From NCBI GenBank assembly GCA_039794845.1, contig JAUQVK010000023.1:1-10253 (forward strand): a DNA stretch of 10,253 nucleotides. The letters are read 5' to 3'. A model generated the notes under the pieces. It was not told where the DNA came from, did not search any database, and was given only the letters and a program-made list of their open reading frames with translations. Positions 5,264-10,253 of this stretch are shown piece after piece. The translations under genes and the position numbers were made by a program. Positions within the stretch are counted from its first letter, which is position 1. Every line of letters begins with the position of its first letter. Source of the DNA: Thermostichus sp. DRC_bins_24. Lineage in GTDB: Bacteria > Cyanobacteriota > Cyanobacteriia > Thermostichales > Thermostichaceae.

Positions 5264-7477
5264 CTACTGGGGAAGAGTAGGCGCAAAGGTGTTGTTGGGG
5301 AAGGTGCAATTGGTGGAGGGCACTTGGACGGAGTTGTTTTGCACCCGGCTGGGGAAGTTCGCATTCCGGCCTGTATTTCCCTGCGCTGCCAGAGCCGCCG
5401 TTAGAGCCGGACTGGGGTTGGCTGCCGGGATGGGGGTGGTGATTCCAAACAGTTCCAGCACAGCATTTTGCTGAGATCTGAGGAAATAATCCAACCCTAC
5501 CCCCCCAGAGTTATCCGAGCTGTTCTCAACGATCCGAGCACACAAGCGGGAGTCATTTTGCGCCCGCACAAAGATGCCCGCATCCGCTGCGGTGGTTGCG
5601 CCCGTGACGCTGTTGTCGAATAAGCCCACGAACAGTTGGTTGGTCTCGGCCCCTGCGCCTGCCCCTGAGCGCACCCGGATGCCATCGCCATTGGCTCCAT
5701 TGACGGTATTGTTCACCATCACCCCCGTGGCCCTGGAGGTATCTTCCAGTTGAATATCCAAAGCCCGCTGCCCGGCGTTGCTGACGGTGTTGCCCTCGAA
5801 GCGGAAGAAGGCTGTGGCATTGTTAACCGGGCCACTACTCCCATCACCGCGGTTCATGTTGATGTCGATCCCTTTACGGCCGGGGTTGGTGACGGTGTTG
5901 TTGCGAACCGTGATGTTCATGGTGGAGTCTTGGCGGGGCCGGATCCCGATGCCATCGGCATCCACATCGGGGCTGGGGTTGAGGGTGGTGGGGCCGGTGA
6001 TGGTATTGCCCTCGATCAAGCCCCGCACCGTGCCGTTGCCCGCCGAGACGAAGGAGATGCTGCGATCTTGGATCTCGCTTAGGGTGTTGCCGCGAATGAT
6101 GATATCCAGTTGTGCTGTGCCATTGGTATCGGAATCGATGCCATCATCATCCGTATTGCGAAGGGTATTTCCTTCTACCAGGGCCTTGCCGACAGCCGTA
6201 TCAAACATATTGACTTCCATGCCGTCGATATCCAGCAGCGCTTCCCCAGTTAATGCCAGGGTGGTGCCATTGGGGTCGATATCCACCAGGTTGTTGGTCA
6301 GCCTTGTATTGACGGTGCCTCGGGTATTGGTGTGGACGATCCCCCCTTCAATTCCAGAGCCTCCCGCCAAGGTGGGTTTGTAGCGAATGTCTTGAACTGT
6401 ATTTTGATCAATGATGACGGTGCCGGTCACATCCCGCAGATAGATCCCTTCGTTAAGGGCGCCTTCCACATTGTTGTCGGAGAGGTTTACAGTACCCTCC
6501 ACATCCTGCAAGAAAATCGCCCGGGATCCGGAATTGACAAAGCGGCTGTCTTGAACGGAGAAATCCCCATTGGCATTGGTGAGCAGGATCCCGTTTTGGT
6601 TGGCATCAGTCACCGTCAGGTCGGTGAGGGTAGCTCGATTGAGACCCGTCAGCTGAATCACATTTGCCGCATCAGCAGCAGGCAGGTCCACCGATCCGTT
6701 CATGGGTGGGGCATTCGTTCCCAGGAACTCTAAGTTCCGCAAGTTCAATCCATCGGCCTCGCTGTTTCCCAGTAGAAGGGCTACCTCTGTGCACCCTCCT
6801 GCGGCGGCGTCAACATTGGCCCCATCAAGGGTCAATGCTTCTATCGTGATGTTGGAAGCTTCAACGGAAACGCCAACACAAACCGGGCTGCTGGAGGGAG
6901 CAAGAATCGTTTGACCCGTGCCTGCGCCTCGAATCGTCAGGCCAGCTTTGTCCAAAACCAGAGTGCCGGATCCCTGCAGGTATTGTCCTGCAGCCAGAAT
7001 TAGGGTATTGGCAGGGTTCGCCAGATTCAGACCTTCAGCCAGTGTCACTGGAGAAGCCGGGCTAGAGCCATCTCCTCCTCCCAAAGGAGACACAAAAATC
7101 GTTGTCAGGGGAGGAGTGGGAGTTGGGGTCGGAGTGGGAGTTGCGGTGGGGGTGGGAGTCGGACTCGGGCTTGGACTTGGAGTGGGAGTCGGGGTGGGCG
7201 TGGGCGTGGGTGTTGGGCTAGGAATCGGGGTGGGCGTGGGTGTTGGGCTAGGAGTCGGGGTGGGCGTTGGAGTCAGCGTGGGTGTTGGGGTGGGCGTGGG
7301 CGTCGGCGTGGGGGTGGGAGTCGGACTCGGCGTGGGGGTGGGCGTTTGAGTTGGAGTCGGAGTTGGGAAGGATCCGGAAATAACCGGAAGACTAGGACTG
7401 CTAGAGGAACATCCTGCCAAAATTACAGAGGCTGCAAGGGTGAGTGTAACTAGAATAGGCAGCGATCTTTTCCTCAT
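5264..7477 (-). CDS. Predicted lipoprotein with Pro/Thr linker and right-handed parallel beta-helix (pectin-lyase-like fold) repeats
   Basis: Signal peptide [23 protein letters not shown] has a lipobox (LAGC) followed by a Ser run. Then an 86-aa PT linker and a DUF1565-like cap ([31 protein letters not shown]). Many IxGNTI/xxGI repeats follow. Alternative start at 7498. Confidence 0.85.
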   Translation of the reverse strand: MRKRSLPILVTLTLAASVILAGCSSSSPSLPVISGSFPTPTPTQTPTPTPSPTPTPTPTPTPTPTPTLTPTPTPTPSPTPTPTPIPSPTPTPTPTPTPTPSPSPSPTPTPTATPTPTPTPTPPLTTIFVSPLGGGDGSSPASPVTLAEGLNLANPANTLILAAGQYLQGSGTLVLDKAGLTIRGAGTGQTILAPSSSPVCVGVSVEASNITIEALTLDGANVDAAAGGCTEVALLLGNSEADGLNLRNLEFLGTNAPPMNGSVDLPAADAANVIQLTGLNRATLTDLTVTDANQNGILLTNANGDFSVQDSRFVNSGSRAIFLQDVEGTVNLSDNNVEGALNEGIYLRDVTGTVIIDQNTVQDIRYKPTLAGGSGIEGGIVHTNTRGTVNTRLTNNLVDIDPNGTTLALTGEALLDIDGMEVNMFDTAVGKALVEGNTLRNTDDDGIDSDTNGTAQLDIIIRGNTLSEIQDRSISFVSAGNGTVRGLIEGNTITGPTTLNPSPDVDADGIGIRPRQDSTMNITVRNNTVTNPGRKGIDINMNRGDGSSGPVNNATAFFRFEGNTVSNAGQRALDIQLEDTSRATGVMVNNTVNGANGDGIRVRSGAGAGAETNQLFVGLFDNSVTGATTAADAGIFVRAQNDSRLCARIVENSSDNSGGVGLDYFLRSQQNAVLELFGITTPIPAANPSPALTAALAAQGNTGRNANFPSRVQNNSVQVPSTNCTFPNNTFAPTLPQ
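7109..7366 (-). repeat. (Pro-Thr/Ser)n low-complexity hexamer repeat inside the lipoprotein gene
   Basis: 258 nt of degenerate 6-nt units. It includes a 30-nt-period duplication (gtgggcgtgggtgttgggctagga at 7200 and 7230). Confidence 0.95.
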
Positions 7478-7659
7478 AGCTTCAAACCCAGCGGACATGG
7501 TTGACCGCCGAAGATACTACCAACTTGCCAGATACACTAAGGTTAAGCGAAGGTAATCTCCTGACTAAGATTGATTGAAAATTTGCATTCTGGGCCTCTC
7601 GAGTGTCGGTGGGTTGGAGTTGACGGTAGATTGATGGGATCCCTCTGGAAGACCGAAAA

Positions 7660-8469
7660 GTGATGCTGGCCAACCTAACGTTTAGCCCTGAAGAACAGGC
7701 GACCCAAACCCCACAACTGACAACTGTGGAGCAAGCTTTTCAGATGTTTGTGTCGGAGGGGTATCTCCTGTTGCAAGAGGTGTTTGCGCCGGAGGCCATC
7801 GACACTCTGCACCGCTCTTTTCTGGAAACCTACAGCCGGTATTGCGCCAGCGCCACCCATGCCGATGCCCTTTTGGTGGGGAACAAACGGGTGATGGTAA
7901 CGATCCGTCTGGAGCCACCCTTTAACAATCCGCTTTTTTACGCCCACCCGTTGCTCTTGCCGATTCTGAAGCGGATTTTGGGGCCAGAGCTGATCCTGAG
8001 TGGGTTTGGGGCAGTGGTCTCTTTGCCGGGATCCACCGATCAACAGGTGCACCGGGATCTGTCTCATTTGTTTGGGGATGAGATGCTGGATGCGCTGATC
8101 CCCTGCTATGCCCTGAACTTGCTCATTCCCTTGGTGGATGTGAACGAAGAGAATGGCATGACCCGTCTCTGGCCCGGTAGCCATGCGGTTTTTGATGCCC
8201 ACTATGCCGAACTGGCCAAGCAGATGCCGTTTGTGGATCCGCCCCTGGCCAAGGGATCCTGTCTCATTTTCGATTACCGCCTGATTCATTTGGGTCGAGC
8301 CAATCGTTCGGATGCGCCCCGCCCCTTGCTCTACAACACCTACAGCCGCGCTTGGTTCCGGGATCCGGTGAATTACAACCAGCAGTCTCCCCTCGTGATC
8401 CCGGCCACCGAATGGGGGCGGATCCCGGTCGAGCACCAACGCCTCTTTGTGGCGGCTGAGAAGGTATGA
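7660..8469 (+). CDS. Phytanoyl-CoA dioxygenase (PhyH) family Fe(II)/2-oxoglutarate dioxygenase
   Basis: F..EGYLLLQEVF N-terminus, HxD motif (QVHRD), IPLVDVNEENGMTRLWPGSH, and KGSCLIFDYRLIHLGRANRSDAPR with the distal His and the 2OG-binding Arg. Start is GTG 7660 or ATG 7663. Confidence 0.9.
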   Translation: MMLANLTFSPEEQATQTPQLTTVEQAFQMFVSEGYLLLQEVFAPEAIDTLHRSFLETYSRYCASATHADALLVGNKRVMVTIRLEPPFNNPLFYAHPLLLPILKRILGPELILSGFGAVVSLPGSTDQQVHRDLSHLFGDEMLDALIPCYALNLLIPLVDVNEENGMTRLWPGSHAVFDAHYAELAKQMPFVDPPLAKGSCLIFDYRLIHLGRANRSDAPRPLLYNTYSRAWFRDPVNYNQQSPLVIPATEWGRIPVEHQRLFVAAEKV

Positions 8470-8488
8470 ACCGCCGGTGAATTGGAGG

Positions 8489-9058
8489 TTAGTTAGAAGC
8501 CCGCAGCGATTGCGCCAGTTGTTGGGGAGTCAGTTGCTCGTAGGGCTCAAACGGCTGGTGGATCCAGGGGTTATCGGGCAAATAATCCACGTAGTAGTCC
8601 GGTTGATACACCGAAGCGGCCTTGTACCACAACACGCCGGTGCGAATCTCCTCCACATAAAAGCCGTAGTGGTGCTTGATCCAATGCACGGCCCGCTTCA
8701 GGGTCACTCCAGAATCCGCCAGATCATCCACCAGCAGCACCTCACTGCCCAGGTTGGCGGTGGTCATGGCCAGATCCCGAGAAAAGGTCAGCACCCCCCG
8801 TTGGCGGTTGCCGGGGCCGGAGTAGGAAGAGGCCGAGAGAATCGCCAGGGGGAGATCGAAAAGACGGGCCAAGGTATCGCCGATGCGCAACCCCCCTTTG
8901 GCAATACAGACGATTTGGTTGAATTCCCACTCGCTTTCGTAGACTTTGACGGCCAACTCCTCGATTTTGCGGTGGTAGTCGGCCCAGGTGATGGAAATCT
9001 CGTGCAAGGGATCCCCCCTATAGCAATCTGGAGTGCTCAATTCTACTGCAAAATTCAC
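8489..9058 (-). CDS. Type I phosphoribosyltransferase (xanthine/guanine/hypoxanthine PRT-like)
   Basis: PRPP-binding loop VLLVDDLADSGVTL, plus CIAKGGL and PDYYV..WIHQPFE. The GTG start overlaps the upstream stop (GTGA, 9055..9058). TTG at 9007 (xHEISITW) is a plausible alternative start. Confidence 0.9.
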   Translation of the reverse strand: MNFAVELSTPDCYRGDPLHEISITWADYHRKIEELAVKVYESEWEFNQIVCIAKGGLRIGDTLARLFDLPLAILSASSYSGPGNRQRGVLTFSRDLAMTTANLGSEVLLVDDLADSGVTLKRAVHWIKHHYGFYVEEIRTGVLWYKAASVYQPDYYVDYLPDNPWIHQPFEPYEQLTPQQLAQSLRASN

Positions 9059-9600
9059 AAGCTCAGGGATCGCTCCCGAATTGCCTGCAGGTTGAGGGCC
9101 AGATCACGACGGATGCGCCGTTCTACCATGCCGACGGGCATTCTGCGTGGAGGTTTAACCTGTAGGTGGTAGGTGAGCAGGGTTTGGTTGGCCGCCACGG
9201 GGTGCAGATCCCAGAACCCCTCAAAGATGAGAAAATCTCCCTGGGTTTTTTGAAAGCGCAGCTGCTGGGGAAAGAGCTCTTCGATGGCCAACACCACGGC
9301 AGCAGAAAACTGGGCAAACAATACCTTTTGGGATCCCACCTGACGTACCAAGGTGTAGCCATTCTCACGGCCGATAACGCGACTTTCTACCAGGTTGGGG
9401 ATAAATTCTGCTAAGCGATCGTAATCGGTCAAAACCTGCCAGATCCGCTCCCGTTCGACGGGAATGTGCACAGTGCCCTGGATCTGTCGGCGCCGTTCTC
9501 CCAAATCCACCACCTCAATCTGGATATCCTCAAGAATTGGGATCTCTTCCTCCAGGGCAGTCTCTTCCTCTTGGGGATCCCATTCGGGGTCAGCAGACAT
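9055..9600 (-). CDS. SRPBCC / polyketide cyclase (COQ10-START-like) family protein
   Basis: IWQVLTDYDRLAEFIPNL, GDFLIFEGFW, TLLTY.L.VKP, and a C-terminal DL..NL.AIR helix. Confidence 0.9.
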   Translation of the reverse strand: MSADPEWDPQEEETALEEEIPILEDIQIEVVDLGERRRQIQGTVHIPVERERIWQVLTDYDRLAEFIPNLVESRVIGRENGYTLVRQVGSQKVLFAQFSAAVVLAIEELFPQQLRFQKTQGDFLIFEGFWDLHPVAANQTLLTYHLQVKPPRRMPVGMVERRIRRDLALNLQAIRERSLSL

Positions 9601-9632
9601 GGCAAGGGCTATGAGTGTGGCAGGTTGGCCTC

Positions 9633-9638
9633 ATGATA
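9633..9638 (-). promoter_or_regulatory. Possible -10 element (TATCAT) for the SRPBCC-PRT operon
   Basis: Near-consensus hexamer about 33 nt upstream of the ATG at 9600. Motif match only. Confidence 0.3.
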
Positions 9639-9685
9639 TTGCATCGGGATCCGTCTGAGATGGAGATTCTTCGGGTGGGATCCCT

Positions 9686-9931
9686 TCAGGGAAAGAGCGC
9701 CTTCAGCCAGCCGATGATCACATCCCATACCCGTTCCACAAAGGCAAAGGGATCCCGCAACTCTTGTAGCACCTGCCGCGGGCCGATATTGAACACCACA
9801 AACAGCACCGCCAGAATGATCACGATCCCCACCGTCGTCCAGATGGCGTCTCGAATCACCCGTACCCAAAAAAACAGCAAAAAGGCGGCAATGATCACCG
9901 CGGCGACCAGCGGCAACATTTCCAGTACCAT
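9686..9931 (-). CDS. Small hypothetical membrane protein (two TM helices plus amphipathic tail)
   Basis: Hydrophobic segments LPLVAAVIIAAFLLFFWV and IWTTVGIVIILAVLFVVF, followed by NIGPRQVLQEL. Fills the gap between SRPBCC and petN. Start is 9931 or 9919. Confidence 0.75.
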   Translation of the reverse strand: MVLEMLPLVAAVIIAAFLLFFWVRVIRDAIWTTVGIVIILAVLFVVFNIGPRQVLQELRDPFAFVERVWDVIIGWLKALFP

Positions 9932-10040
9932 CGGGATCCAACCTCGTCCAGATCTGAAGTTTTTGGCCTACCCCCACTTTAGCCAGCCTGAGCCAGGGAA
10001 AGGTGTTCGTCGATGCGCATCTGCAGGGGATCCCATCCCG

Positions 10041-10046
10041 TAAAAT
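10041..10046 (+). promoter_or_regulatory. Possible -10 element (TAAAAT) for petN
   Basis: Near-consensus hexamer about 34 nt upstream of the petN ATG, in a divergent intergenic region. Confidence 0.4.
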
Positions 10047-10079
10047 GAGAGCACTGTGTTCTTGTGCTTTGCTGAACCC

Positions 10080-10169
10080 ATGGACATCATCACTCTCGGC
10101 TGGATTGCGATTCCCTCCTTCTTTGTTCTCTCGATTGCCCTGGTGGTCTGGGGCCGCAACGGCATGTAA
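10080..10169 (+). CDS. petN: Cytochrome b6f complex subunit VIII, PetN (29 aa)
   Basis: Manual translation gives [29 protein letters not shown]. The length of 29 aa, MDI..LGW start and SIA.VVWGRNG end are diagnostic. It is too short for the ORF track. Confidence 0.97.
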   Translation: MDIITLGWIAIPSFFVLSIALVVWGRNGM

Positions 10170-10208
10170 TCGCCGGCGATACTCCCTGCACTGGGATTTG
10201 AATGTGAC

Positions 10209-10253
10209 ATGGAAACTGAGCTTCCCCTCGTCACCCAAATTGCCTACGGCAGC
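10209..10253 (+). CDS. Possible 5' end of a downstream gene, truncated by the window (METELPLVTQIAYGS...)
   Basis: ATG about 40 nt after the petN stop, open to the window end. Too short to identify. Confidence 0.35.
   Translation, partial: METELPLVTQIAYGS

Larger units (their letters stand above)
1173..10034. repeat. Dispersed highly iterated palindrome GGGATCCC (HIP1 analogue)
   Basis: 15 perfect copies counted by eye, starting at 1173, 2331, 3691, 4030, 4407, 4534, 5024, 5243, 7636, 9008, 9330, 9574, 9677, 9749 and 10027. There are many one-mismatch variants. Fewer than one copy is expected by chance in 10 kb. Confidence 0.92.

Noticed and set aside
4347..5309. 320-aa minus-strand ORF
   Set aside because: Antisense shadow of GC-rich trpE, with no protein-family signal.
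6918..7349. Gly-Val repeat ORF on the + strand
   Set aside because: Reverse-complement reading of the PT linker.
7675..9172. Long antisense ORFs 7675..8439 and 8447..9172
   Set aside because: Shadows of the PhyH and PRT genes, which carry clear family motifs.
3753..9600. Secondary-metabolite cluster (anthranilate synthase + dioxygenase + PRT + cyclase-like protein)
   Set aside because: The genes alternate in orientation. TrpE keeps its feedback motifs and looks like the housekeeping enzyme, the PRT is purine-salvage type rather than TrpD, and SRPBCC proteins are widespread. Scattered gene order is normal in cyanobacteria.
9609..10238. ORFs 9609..10238, 9615..10043 and 9968..10234
   Set aside because: They overlap petN and/or the membrane protein gene in other frames or strands and have no recognisable features.

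Overview
Cyanobacterial chromosomal window. It probably comes from a hot-spring Thermostichus / Yellowstone 'Synechococcus' OS-type lineage: GGGATCCC is heavily iterated, I found no canonical HIP1 GCGATCGC, and petN is present. Left to right: a decayed IS630/ISY100-like insertion sequence running off the window start; glcE-like FAD oxidoreductase (-); two near-identical tandem small coiled-coil genes (-); Nudix hydrolase (-); trpE (+); a large Pro/Thr-linker, beta-helix lipoprotein (-); a PhyH-family Fe(II)/2OG dioxygenase (+); a purine phosphoribosyltransferase and an SRPBCC/START protein (-); a small membrane protein (-); petN (+, missed by the ORF track); and a possible partial gene at the right edge. 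The most unusual signal is inside the dead IS. Its catalytic half carries at least five discrete 22-27 nt insertions in the same orientation, with a loose shared motif and small hairpins, suggesting a family of very small mobile elements. Its N-terminal DNA-binding half is nearly intact. All family assignments come from motif recognition and memory, not from database searches.
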